Shown here: positions 46,596-55,815 of the stretch, piece by piece
Layout of the letters: each line of letters starts with the position of its first letter
Numbering within the stretch: position 1 is the stretch's first letter
NCBI GenBank assembly: GCA_021815405.1
Contig: JAKAGV010000007.1
Location: 181,888 to 245,887 of the forward strand
Source: Bacteroidota bacterium
Lineage (GTDB): Bacteria; Bacteroidota; Ignavibacteria; Ignavibacteriales; Ignavibacteriaceae
Length of the DNA: 64,000 bases
Direction of reading: 5' to 3'
The notes under the pieces: generated by a model
What the model was told of the DNA's origin: nothing
The model's database searches: none
The model's input: only the letters and a program-made list of their open reading frames with translations
Program-made: the position numbers and the translations under genes

Positions 46596-47879
46596 TTGGT
46601 GCTCAGATTTTCTTTCCTTGTATTGTTTTTTTCTCTCCTCGCATTGCAGGCTTTCAGCCAGACTCCGAAAGTTGTTATCATTACCTTAAACGGCGCAATA
46701 AACCCAGCAGCGGCAGATTATATTCATTACGGAATTGAGCAGGCAGTTAAGCAAAATGCAGAGTGCCTTATTCTTCGATTAAATACTCCCGGCGGATTGC
46801 TTGAATCCACCAGATCAATAGTATCAAATATTCTTCAATCTCCGGTACCGGTTGTTGTTTATGTTTCACCTCCAGGTTCAAGAGCCGCTTCGGCAGGAGT
46901 GTTTGTTACAATGTCTGCGAATATAGCTGCTATGGCTCCGGGAACAAACATAGGTGCTGCTCACCCGGTTTCACTTCAAGGACAAATGGATTCAACAATG
47001 ACTGAAAAAGTTACTAATGATGCTGCCGCATTCATTAGGTCAATCAGCGAGAAACGAAATAGAAATGTAAAATGGGCTGAGGAAGCAGTCAGGAAAAGTT
47101 TTTCAATAACTGAAACAGAAGCATTAAAAGATAGTGTTATTGATTTAATAGCTTCCAATATGCAGGATCTTCTAAATAAAATAAATGATAGAAAAGTTCA
47201 GACTATAAGCGGGGAATTTGTTTTATCAACAAAAAATGCTAAAGTAATTTATTTAGATATGAGCTTCCAGCAAAAGCTTCTTAGTTTACTTAGCGATCCA
47301 AATATTGCTTATATCTTGATGATGCTTGGATTTTACGGATTGCTATTTGAACTTTATAATCCCGGCTCTATCTTCCCCGGAGTAATTGGCGTAATTAGTC
47401 TTGTACTTGCTTTTTATTCAATGCAGACTCTTCCAATAAATTACGCGGGCTTAGCACTCATTATTTTCGGAGTTGTTCTTTTCGTAATAGAACTTAAAGT
47501 ACCAAGCCACGGGCTGCTCACAGTTGGAGGAATTGTTTCTCTTTTATTGGGCTCGCTGATGTTAATTAAAACCGATTCAGGATTTAATGTGTTAAGAGTA
47601 TCCTGGGGTGTAATAGCAACTGTGGTAATTCTAACTGTTTTGTTCTTTTCATTTGCCATCGGACTTGGAATAAAAGCACAGACACGAAAGCCTACAACAG
47701 GCTCGGAAGGTTTGGTAAATGAAACCGGAGAAGCAATTACAGATCTGAATCCTAACGGATCGGTTAAAGTTCACGGTGAAATATGGAAAGCCGAAAGCAT
47801 TGAAGGCGAAATACCAAGCGGAAGTAAAATTATTGTTACGGGAGTTTCTAATTTAAAACTAAAAATAAAGAAAGCTTAA
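46596..47879 (+). CDS. NfeD-family membrane-bound ClpP-class serine protease
   Basis: 427 aa with an N-terminal ClpP-like domain (LNTPGGLL, SRAASAG), central TM helices and a C-terminal OB-fold (VKVHGEIWKA). Precedes the stomatin gene. Confidence 0.8.
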   Translation: MVLRFSFLVLFFSLLALQAFSQTPKVVIITLNGAINPAAADYIHYGIEQAVKQNAECLILRLNTPGGLLESTRSIVSNILQSPVPVVVYVSPPGSRAASAGVFVTMSANIAAMAPGTNIGAAHPVSLQGQMDSTMTEKVTNDAAAFIRSISEKRNRNVKWAEEAVRKSFSITETEALKDSVIDLIASNMQDLLNKINDRKVQTISGEFVLSTKNAKVIYLDMSFQQKLLSLLSDPNIAYILMMLGFYGLLFELYNPGSIFPGVIGVISLVLAFYSMQTLPINYAGLALIIFGVVLFVIELKVPSHGLLTVGGIVSLLLGSLMLIKTDSGFNVLRVSWGVIATVVILTVLFFSFAIGLGIKAQTRKPTTGSEGLVNETGEAITDLNPNGSVKVHGEIWKAESIEGEIPSGSKIIVTGVSNLKLKIKKA

Positions 47880-47906
47880 TTCATCTTAATCTCAAAGGAA
47901 AAAGTT

Positions 47907-48668
47907 ATGCAAGAAGTATCTGTTTACATTTTCATTCTTGTTCTGTTTGTAATTTTTATCTTAGCTAATGCCATAAAGATTTTGCGGGAATACGAGCGCG
48001 GAGTTATTTTCCGACTTGGAAGGCTCATAAGTACAAAGGGCCCGGGCATCATCTTTTTAATTCCGATTGTTGATCGGATGATTAAGATAAGTCTCCGTAC
48101 AGTTGTAATGGATGTTCCGCCGCAGGACATCATTACAAAAGATAACGTTTCGTTAAAAGTTAACGCGGTAGTTTATTTTAGAGTTGTCCAGGCTGAGAAA
48201 GCAGTTGTTGAGGTTGCAGATTACTTGTTTGCCACTTCGCAGATTTCGCAGACAACTTTGAGAAGCATTCTCGGTCAGTCTCAGTTGGATGAAATACTTG
48301 CCGAGCGAGAAAAGATAAACCGTGAGCTTCAAAAAATTATTGATGAACAGACCGAACCATGGGGAGTTAAAGTTACTGCCGTAGAAGTAAAGCAGGTTGA
48401 TCTTCCGATTGAGATGCAGCGTGCCATTGCTATTCAAGCCCAGGCAGAACGAGAGAGACGTGCAAAGATTATAAATGCTGAAGGCGAGTTCCAGGCAAGC
48501 CAGAAGCTTTCTGAAGCTGCGGCAGTTATTCAAAAATATCCGGTTGCAATTCAGTTAAGGTTCTTACAAACTTTAACCGAAATTTCATCTGATAAAAATT
48601 CAACCATCTTATTCCCGATTCCGATTGATTTGATAACACCATTTATCGAAAAGATGAAGAAGGAGTAA
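47907..48668 (+). CDS. SPFH/Band-7 (stomatin-like) protein
   Basis: 253 aa with [15 protein letters not shown] and an [10 protein letters not shown] coiled region. This is the classic NfeD-stomatin pairing. Confidence 0.85.
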   Translation: MQEVSVYIFILVLFVIFILANAIKILREYERGVIFRLGRLISTKGPGIIFLIPIVDRMIKISLRTVVMDVPPQDIITKDNVSLKVNAVVYFRVVQAEKAVVEVADYLFATSQISQTTLRSILGQSQLDEILAEREKINRELQKIIDEQTEPWGVKVTAVEVKQVDLPIEMQRAIAIQAQAERERRAKIINAEGEFQASQKLSEAAAVIQKYPVAIQLRFLQTLTEISSDKNSTILFPIPIDLITPFIEKMKKE

Positions 48669-48690
48669 ACTCTGCTAAAAGCTCGATACT

Positions 48691-48724
48691 GGATACTCGA
48701 TACCGGATGGGGAATCGAGTATCC
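48691..48724 (+). terminator. Possible hairpin terminator after the stomatin gene
   Basis: GGATACTCGAT - 12 nt - ATCGAGTATCC (11-bp stem). No strong T-tract follows. Confidence 0.35.
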
Positions 48725-48871
48725 ATATTCTTAAAATAGCTAGTAAGAATTTAATAATTACATCTTTAGTTTTAACAAAATAATCAGCGTGATTTTATCT
48801 TAGCAGAATTAACTGCTTCAACTTTATTGAATTAAATTTCAAATTTTTAAAGCAACCGCTTAAAAATATAA

Positions 48872-49114
48872 GGTACTTTTATAAAGTATATTTCAGATAG
48901 AATTACTATTGACGATAAATTACTTAATGGTAAACCGGCAATAAGAGGGAAAAGGATTGCAGTATCTACAATCCTGGAGTTTTTAAGTGCAGGAGATCCC
49001 AAAGAGGATATACTTAAAGCATATCATTTTTTAGAAATAGAAGATATAAACACATGCTTAAAATATGCTGCTGAAATTATGAATAGAGACCATACCTTTA
49101 ATGGCGCAGCTTAG
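48872..49114 (+). pseudogene. DUF433-family (antitoxin-like) ORF lacking a canonical start codon
   Basis: My translation: GTFIKYISDRITIDDKLLNGKPAIRGKRIAVSTILEFLSAGDPKEDILKAYHFLEIEDINTCLKYAAEIMNRDHTFNGAA*. The DUF433 core (GKP.IRG.RI.V..IL) is intact, but there is no ATG/GTG/TTG between the upstream stop (48869-71) and the domain. Confidence 0.55.
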
Positions 49115-49290
49115 TGCTTAAGTTTTAAATCGATGTCAATCTTCCATAATATTTTCCTTTATGGAATAATGAGAAGTGTGTTCATCTTAAAGATATAAAT
49201 CAAGATTGGTCGGACGAAGAAGTTTGGAAGTATGCTGCAAAAAATAATTTAACTAAAATATTCAAGGACATTTATCTCATACTATTATCA
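49114..49290 (+). pseudogene. DUF5615/PIN-like (Mut7-C type) toxin remnant with in-frame stops
   Basis: The GTG overlaps the DUF433 stop (TAGTG). Translation: VLKF*IDVNLP*YFPLWNNEKCVHLKDINQDWSDEEVWKYAAKNNLTKIFKD.... It is truncated by the 3' end of the sigma-54 regulator gene. Confidence 0.45.
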
Positions 49291-49291
49291 A

Positions 49292-50665
49292 TTAAATACT
49301 GTTCTCCATCTTAATCGAAAGCTTCATCATCTTTCTGTAGAGAGTTGAAGTATCAATTCCCAGCACCTTAGCGGCTTCGGCTCGGTTCCAGTTTACTTTA
49401 TTTAGAACATTAGTGATATGCTGCTTTTCAAAAGATTCAAGAGCATCCGATAAATTACCGGGAAAATTTTCCGGCTGTTTTATAGAATCATCTTCAGTTT
49501 TAAAATAGGAAGGCAGATCGTTAATTGAAATGTAATCAGATGTGCATAGAAGAATGGCGCGCTCAATAATATTTTCAAGCTCGCGAAGGTTGCCTTTCCA
49601 ACTGTAATTAAGCAAAGCCTTCATTGCAATGTTGTCCACGCCTTTGATCTTCCGCTTCAAGTCCTCATTATATTTTTGGATGAAGAAATTTACGAGCAGC
49701 GGAATATCATCTTTCCTTTCAGAAAGTGGAGGCAGCTTCAACTCAACAACATTCAAGCGGTAGTATAGATCTTCCCTAAACCGTCCTTCATTAACTTCTT
49801 CTAAAAGGTTCTTGTTTGTAGCAGCAAGAACTCTGACATCAACTTTTATTGATGAGGTTGAACCAACCGGACGAATTTCTTTTTCCTGTAGAACACGAAG
49901 AAGTTTTACCTGAACATGCTCGGGAAGGTCGGCAATCTCATCTAAGAATAGTGTACCTGTGTTAGCAGCTTTGAACAATCCATCGTGGTCTGAGTTTGCA
50001 CCTGTGAAAGCTCCTTTTTTGTAACCGAAGAATTCCGATTCATAAAGATTTTCCGGTATAGCTCCGCAGTTAACAGGAATGAAAGGTTTGTCAGCTCTAT
50101 CGCTGTTTGAATGAATTGCACGTGCAATTAATTCCTTGCCGGTTCCTGATGGACCGGTGATAAGAACGTTAGTTGGTGCAGAGCTAATTTGTTTTACCAT
50201 ATCGTAAATGCTCTGCATTGATTTGCTCTGTCCGATTATATTATTAAAATTGTACCTCTTGTCAATCTGCTGACGAAGGAGTTTGTTTTCAAGCAGCAGT
50301 TGTTTCTGATTTAAAAGATGTTTGATACGGATAAGAACTTCATCGAATTCTATCGGCTTTAGAATATAATCTGATGCACCTTTTCTTAATGCACTTACTG
50401 CGGTTTCAATTGAAGCAAATGCAGTCATTATGATAACAAGTGTTTGCGGTGAAAATTGAATTGTCGTTTCCAGAAGCTTCATGCCGTCCATTTTCGGCAT
50501 GAGTATGTCTGTAATCAGAAGGTCGAAGTTGCTGTTTTTTAATTGATCAACAGCCTCAATTCCGTTTTGGACGATTGTAACATTGTATCCTTCGCTTTCT
50601 AGTATAAAAGAAAGCGACTCGCGGATATCCTTTTCATCCTCAGCAATTAATATGTGTTCGTGCAT
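49292..50665 (-). CDS. Sigma-54-dependent response regulator (NtrC family: REC-AAA+-Fis HTH)
   Basis: 457 aa with receiver Asp in DLLITDILMPKMDG, Walker A GPSGTGKE, GAFTGA loop (KKGAFTGA) and a C-terminal HTH (RAEAAKVLGIDTSTLYRKM). Confidence 0.85.
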   Translation of the reverse strand: MHEHILIAEDEKDIRESLSFILESEGYNVTIVQNGIEAVDQLKNSNFDLLITDILMPKMDGMKLLETTIQFSPQTLVIIMTAFASIETAVSALRKGASDYILKPIEFDEVLIRIKHLLNQKQLLLENKLLRQQIDKRYNFNNIIGQSKSMQSIYDMVKQISSAPTNVLITGPSGTGKELIARAIHSNSDRADKPFIPVNCGAIPENLYESEFFGYKKGAFTGANSDHDGLFKAANTGTLFLDEIADLPEHVQVKLLRVLQEKEIRPVGSTSSIKVDVRVLAATNKNLLEEVNEGRFREDLYYRLNVVELKLPPLSERKDDIPLLVNFFIQKYNEDLKRKIKGVDNIAMKALLNYSWKGNLRELENIIERAILLCTSDYISINDLPSYFKTEDDSIKQPENFPGNLSDALESFEKQHITNVLNKVNWNRAEAAKVLGIDTSTLYRKMMKLSIKMENSI

Positions 50666-50692
50666 TACTCATAAAGATTTTGAAAAATAAAA

Positions 50693-52303
50693 TTAATATC
50701 CTTTATCAAAATCTTTAATGATCTTATTCACTTCATCTTCGGTTAATCCGCTTCCGTAAACAATTGATTTTTTTTGTTTGAATGGATTTTCTGCCGATAC
50801 CGTTGTTTTCTTAGGCAGATAAGAATCTTTTAATGGGAAGTTTCCTGCTCTCGCTTTTAGCCGTTCTTCAATCTCCAACATAAAATTGCCTTTTTCAGAT
50901 GGAGAAGAAATATTGGCTGAAGGCTTAAACGAGGATACCGTTTGACCATGATTTATCGGATTGGTCTCGAATGCAAGACTTTTAATATTCATCAAATGTT
51001 TAGCAGTAACGTTATCAGAAATAATTGAGCCTCCGATTGTTCCCGGACCCAAAGTCATTGATGGCGATAATGCAGTTGTATATCCGACTGCACCGACCGA
51101 CGCAACTGTGTTTACCAAAATTCTAAATGCAGGTTTCTCAAGTGCAAACTTCATAATTATGTCGGGATCGTTGGAGTGAATTACCATTGTATGTCCGATG
51201 CCCCCGAACTGTAGAAGCTCTATGCTACGGTGGCATCCTTCCAGCCAGCCGTCAACAGTATAAAATGCCAATACCGGAGAAAGCTTTTCCATAGACAGCG
51301 GCTCTTGTCTGCCGACAAGATTGCATTCAGCAATAAGTACTTTTGTTTCTTCGGGAACGTTGAAACCTGCATACTTTGCGATAAACAATGCAGGCTGTCC
51401 GACGATATCCGGATTTATTCTGAAGTCTTTTTGAATAGCACCGGAAAGTTTTTTCTTTTCTTCTTCATTTAAGAAATAACAACCGCGGGTTTTAGCTTCG
51501 TCAATTACTTTTTCCCGAAGAGGTCGATCAACAATCATTGCTTGCTCTGAGGAACATAAAGTTCCGTTGTCGAAAGTAGTTCCGTAAATTATATCTGCGA
51601 CCGCTTTCTTGTAATCGGCAGTTTTCTCGATGAAAGCCGGAACGTTACCTGACCCGACACCGTATGCTGGTTTGCCCGCGCTGTAAGCTGCTTTAACCAT
51701 AGGATTGCTTCCGGTTGCAAGTATGATGGCAATGTTTTTGTCCTTCATTAAAGTATCTGTACCTTCAATTGTAGATGTGCTCATACATTGGATTAAGCCT
51801 TTAGGAGCGCCTGCTTTCTCTGCTGCATCAGAAAGAATGCGAAGTGCTTCAGCAGTACACTTTGGCGTACGTGGGTGAGGGCTTGCGACAATTCCATTTC
51901 GGCATTTAAGTGAAATCAATGCTTTAAACATTGCGGTTGATGTAGGATTGGTTGAAGGGATCAGTGCACAGACTACTCCCATCGGAACTGCAATCTTTAT
52001 TACTTTCCCGTTGGCTTCAGATGCTATTACTCCAACCGTTTTCAAATCTTTAATTGATTCGTAAACATTTTTAGTTGCAAACTGATTCTTGATTACTTTA
52101 TCCTGCCATTTACCGAAGCCGCTCTCTTCGCAAGCCATTTTAGCCAGATGTTCAGATTCGCTGTAACCTGCTTCCGCCATTGCTTTAATAATGCGGTCGA
52201 CTTGTCCCTGATTGAAATGCTGGAATTCAAGCTGTGCTTCCTTAGCCGCTTTTGCTAAGTTGCGGGCTTCCTGCATCGATTGAAGATCTTTATCCAAATT
52301 CAT
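50693..52303 (-). CDS. CoA-acylating aldehyde dehydrogenase (EutE/PduP/AdhE-N-like) with ~95-aa C-terminal extension
   Basis: The ATG at 52303 (MNLDKDLQSMQEARNLAKAAKEAQ) is a typical N-terminus. Catalytic Cys region FDNGTLCSSEQ. Sequence after ...AKHLMNIKSLAF extends beyond the usual family end. Confidence 0.75.
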   Translation of the reverse strand: MNLDKDLQSMQEARNLAKAAKEAQLEFQHFNQGQVDRIIKAMAEAGYSESEHLAKMACEESGFGKWQDKVIKNQFATKNVYESIKDLKTVGVIASEANGKVIKIAVPMGVVCALIPSTNPTSTAMFKALISLKCRNGIVASPHPRTPKCTAEALRILSDAAEKAGAPKGLIQCMSTSTIEGTDTLMKDKNIAIILATGSNPMVKAAYSAGKPAYGVGSGNVPAFIEKTADYKKAVADIIYGTTFDNGTLCSSEQAMIVDRPLREKVIDEAKTRGCYFLNEEEKKKLSGAIQKDFRINPDIVGQPALFIAKYAGFNVPEETKVLIAECNLVGRQEPLSMEKLSPVLAFYTVDGWLEGCHRSIELLQFGGIGHTMVIHSNDPDIIMKFALEKPAFRILVNTVASVGAVGYTTALSPSMTLGPGTIGGSIISDNVTAKHLMNIKSLAFETNPINHGQTVSSFKPSANISSPSEKGNFMLEIEERLKARAGNFPLKDSYLPKKTTVSAENPFKQKKSIVYGSGLTEDEVNKIIKDFDKGY

Positions 52304-52411
52304 TCTGATCCCTTTGTTAAGAATTATTGGGCAAATATATTCTTTGACATGATAAGTTTCAAACAAAATTTAAAATTACTTGTAGTTCGTCAGCCATGCA
52401 AGGGATATACA

Positions 52412-52490
52412 GTATAAAGATATAAGGGTATAAAGATATAAGTTATATAGTGAAAATTCATATACCATATACCTCTATACCTTTATACCA
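52412..52490. promoter_or_regulatory. Direct and inverted repeat array in a divergent intergenic region
   Basis: Perfect 15-bp direct repeat GTATAAAGATATAAG at 52412-52426 and 52428-52442. Four TATACC copies at 52461, 52468, 52476 and 52484, which are the reverse complement of the GGTATA in the left repeats. Confidence 0.3.
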
Positions 52491-52521
52491 GGTATTATTG
52501 AAGTAATGCAATTATATCTGA

Positions 52522-54108
52522 TCAGATGCTTTCTTTCTTAATTTTCTTCGGAATCAAATATGCAGCGATTACTCCCAGAACCACAATGGCAAGTAGAAAA
52601 TAATAAGAATTATGAACTGCACCAGCCAAAATATCTCTAAGCTCTTCAATATAAGATGGAGATAACTCTGCACGCTGTACAGGATCAATCAACATTTTAA
52701 TTATATCCAAATTTTTCTTAGACTGCGGCAGGTTGCTTTTCATATAATCATTTAAAAGACCTCCGAATAAAGTAGCTCCAAAAGTACCTCCTATCATTCG
52801 CATAAATGCATTTGAACTTGTGGCTACTCCTCGTTTGGACCATGATACCGCGCGTTGAACAGCAACAATTGAAGTGGTAGATGTTAGCCCTAATCCAAGT
52901 CCAATAATAAAAATAAACACAGCCGCTGAAAAATAATTTGAATTCTTAGTTACAAGCAAAAGAAGAACAGAACCAATAATAAGTATGAGAGCGCCTGCAA
53001 CCCCGGTAAACCTAAAGCCTTTTTTTAGAATCAACTTGCCGGACTGGCTTGAAGCTATGGGCCAGCCAATTGACATCGCGGCAAGAAGAAATCCTGCAGC
53101 CATTGGAGTAGCACCTAACACTCCTTGAGCAAACATTGGAATAATGGAACTAATTGATATTGTGGTTATTCCGACAATCATCGATAAAATATCCGGGAAT
53201 AATATTACTGGCATCTTCAACAGATCGAAATGTATTACCGGATCTTCAGCACGCTTTTCAACAAATCCTAATATTATGAATAGTATGATAGAGGAGATGA
53301 TCATCCCGATAAATTTTATATCCGTTAATTTCCATTGACTGCCAACTTCAAGAAGAGCTACAAGCAGAAAAGAAATTGCCAGCATCATAAGAATTGAACC
53401 GGCATAATCAATCCTGATTTGATTTTGCCGATCTGAAAATTCACTTTTTAATTTGAAGCGGACTGTTTCTTTCAGCTTTATTAAATCTTCATGTAAATAA
53501 AAGGAAGTCATGAAAGCAGCAATAATACCGATAGGTATGTTGATAAAGAATATCCATGCCCAAGCGAAGTTTTGAACAATTATTCCGCCGATAGCCGGAC
53601 CTATGACCGCAGAAATTCCCCAGACACTACTTAAGTAGCCTTGAATTTTGGCTTGTTCCTCAAGGTTATAAATATCTCCAATAATCGTTTGACTCACAGG
53701 CAGAACTGCACCAGCGCCTAATCCCTGGATAGCGCGAAATAAAATTAGAATGTACATATTACCGGCAAAACCGCATAATGCAGAACCAAGTATAAAAAGT
53801 ACTGTACCGAATGCAAAAATTTTTTTTCTTCCGTATATGTCAGATAATTTTCCGTATATTGGAATAGTAATCCCCTGAGTAAGAAGGAAAGCGGAGAATA
53901 CCCAGCTAAAAAGTCTAAAACCGCCAAGATCACTTACTATAGTAGGAATTGCGGTTGCTACTATAGTCACTTCCACTGCAGACATAAAATTTGCAAGCAT
54001 CATAGCGGACAAGATAAACTGTCTTTTGGATTTAACGGATGATTTATTTAATGATGCGAATAAAGCTTTCCCCATTATGTTTCCTTTTGTTTTTAATAAT
54101 CTTTTCAA
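52522..54108 (-). CDS. MFS transporter, DHA2 (14-TM EmrB/QacA-like) family
   Basis: 528 aa, about 14 TM helices, with motif A-like GKLSDIYGRKK. Confidence 0.8.
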   Translation of the reverse strand: MKRLLKTKGNIMGKALFASLNKSSVKSKRQFILSAMMLANFMSAVEVTIVATAIPTIVSDLGGFRLFSWVFSAFLLTQGITIPIYGKLSDIYGRKKIFAFGTVLFILGSALCGFAGNMYILILFRAIQGLGAGAVLPVSQTIIGDIYNLEEQAKIQGYLSSVWGISAVIGPAIGGIIVQNFAWAWIFFINIPIGIIAAFMTSFYLHEDLIKLKETVRFKLKSEFSDRQNQIRIDYAGSILMMLAISFLLVALLEVGSQWKLTDIKFIGMIISSIILFIILGFVEKRAEDPVIHFDLLKMPVILFPDILSMIVGITTISISSIIPMFAQGVLGATPMAAGFLLAAMSIGWPIASSQSGKLILKKGFRFTGVAGALILIIGSVLLLLVTKNSNYFSAAVFIFIIGLGLGLTSTTSIVAVQRAVSWSKRGVATSSNAFMRMIGGTFGATLFGGLLNDYMKSNLPQSKKNLDIIKMLIDPVQRAELSPSYIEELRDILAGAVHNSYYFLLAIVVLGVIAAYLIPKKIKKESI

Positions 54109-54218
54109 AGATAAAAAAGAAAATTTTTAAGAAGAAATATTCTTAATCTGATTTTAATCAGAAATTATTCTTGCCAGCATTGTTATCTTTGTAAAACTGA
54201 AAATATAAATGTTGAGTA

Positions 54219-55661
54219 ATGAACAGACCTTCAGAAATTTTAGAAAAGTATTTTGGATTCGATTCCTTCCGCGGTAAGCAGGAAGAAATAATAAACCGTA
54301 TTGTAAACGAAAGAAAGCATGCGCTTGTTCTGATGCCTACCGGTGGGGGAAAGTCGCTGTGCTATCAAGTTCCAGCTCTCTGTTTTGACGGCGGAACGAT
54401 TGTAATCAGTCCGCTTATTGCTTTAATGCAGGATCAGGTAGATGCGCTGAGAAAGAAAAATATTCCAGCGGGATTTGTCAATTCTACTTTGAGTAAGCAG
54501 GAACGTGAAAGCCGTCTTGAAAATTTTCTTAAAGGAAAGTTAAAGCTGCTTTATGTAACACCGGAGAGATTCAGAAAACCGGAGTTTATTGAGAAGATAA
54601 GAGAAATGAAAATAGATTTGCTTGCAGTGGATGAAGCTCACTGTATCTCGGAATGGGGGCATGATTTCCGTCCGGATTATTCACGCCTTGCTGAGTTTAG
54701 AAACCTAATGGGAAACCCATTGACAATTGCGTTAACGGCAACAGCAGCGTCCGAAGTGCAGAAGGATATAATCAGCAAGCTGAATATACCGAATGATGAA
54801 ATAAAAATATTTCATGAAGGTATCAATCGTCCCAACCTGCGGCTTGAAGCGTTAGATATATTTGATAATAAGGAAAAATATGCCGCTATAATTTCGGTAC
54901 TTAAAAATTATGAAGGCTCCGGTATAATTTATTTTGCTTTAATTCAAACGCTTGAAAAGTTTTCTCAGATTCTTTCCGATAACGGTTTTAGTCACGGCGT
55001 TTATCACGGTAAGCTTGAAGATAAGCAGCGTAAGCAAATGCAACGGGACTTCTTAAACGGAAAACAAAAACTCATCCTTGCAACTAATGCCTTCGGTATG
55101 GGAATAGATAAGCCGGACATAAGGTTTGTCATTCATGCTGAAGTTCCGTCTTCAATTGAGGCTTATTACCAGGAGATTGGAAGAGCGGGAAGAGATGGAA
55201 AAGATTCTTTATGCCTCCTTCTATATAACCAGGAGGATTTGTATACGCAGATGGAATTTATTAAGTGGTCTAATCCCGGTGCCGATTTTTATTCCGCACT
55301 CTTTGATTTGTTGAAGAGAGATATTCATGCGGTAAATTCAGTTGACGGTATTGAGTATCTCCGTGAACAGATGAATTTTAAGAACCGTAAAGATTTCAGA
55401 ATTGAAACTGCGCTGGGGATGCTCGACAGATACGGAGTTACTGAAGGCTCAATCGACAGCCGCGATTTAAAAATAGTTGATGAACTTTCAGATATTCTAC
55501 TTGACGAGGATTATCTAAAAGAAAAATTAATGAACGATAATAAAAAGCTTCTTTCGGTTGTAAATTATTTTAGAGGCGAGAAGTGCCGGAGAGTTTTTAT
55601 CTCTGAATATTTTGGTTTTAAAGATGAGAAGCCATGCGGGAACTGTGATAATTGTATATAG
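54219..55661 (+). CDS. recQ: RecQ-family ATP-dependent DNA helicase (short form, no HRDC)
   Basis: Walker A MPTGGGKSLCYQ, DEAH box VDEAHCISEWGHDFRPDY, and a C-terminal Cys cluster (CRRV...CGNCDNC). Confidence 0.85.
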   Translation: MNRPSEILEKYFGFDSFRGKQEEIINRIVNERKHALVLMPTGGGKSLCYQVPALCFDGGTIVISPLIALMQDQVDALRKKNIPAGFVNSTLSKQERESRLENFLKGKLKLLYVTPERFRKPEFIEKIREMKIDLLAVDEAHCISEWGHDFRPDYSRLAEFRNLMGNPLTIALTATAASEVQKDIISKLNIPNDEIKIFHEGINRPNLRLEALDIFDNKEKYAAIISVLKNYEGSGIIYFALIQTLEKFSQILSDNGFSHGVYHGKLEDKQRKQMQRDFLNGKQKLILATNAFGMGIDKPDIRFVIHAEVPSSIEAYYQEIGRAGRDGKDSLCLLLYNQEDLYTQMEFIKWSNPGADFYSALFDLLKRDIHAVNSVDGIEYLREQMNFKNRKDFRIETALGMLDRYGVTEGSIDSRDLKIVDELSDILLDEDYLKEKLMNDNKKLLSVVNYFRGEKCRRVFISEYFGFKDEKPCGNCDNCI

Positions 55662-55815
55662 TTTGTAGTTTGTTGTTGGTTGGATGGTAAGTGGTCAATT
55701 TTGCTTTGCCCATCATTCATGGTCATTCAATCATTTAAAATAAAAGATAATTATAAAGTTATGAATGACACGAAGTGAATGACCTTTGAATGATGCTCCA
55801 ATTTCTTAAAGAAAA

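Noticed and set aside
52304-52521. Searched for a sigma-54 -24/-12 promoter upstream of the aldehyde dehydrogenase gene, because an NtrC-type activator follows it
   Set aside because: No GG-N10-GC element with a TGGCAC/TTGC-like context was found on the minus strand. Only AT-rich repeats are present.
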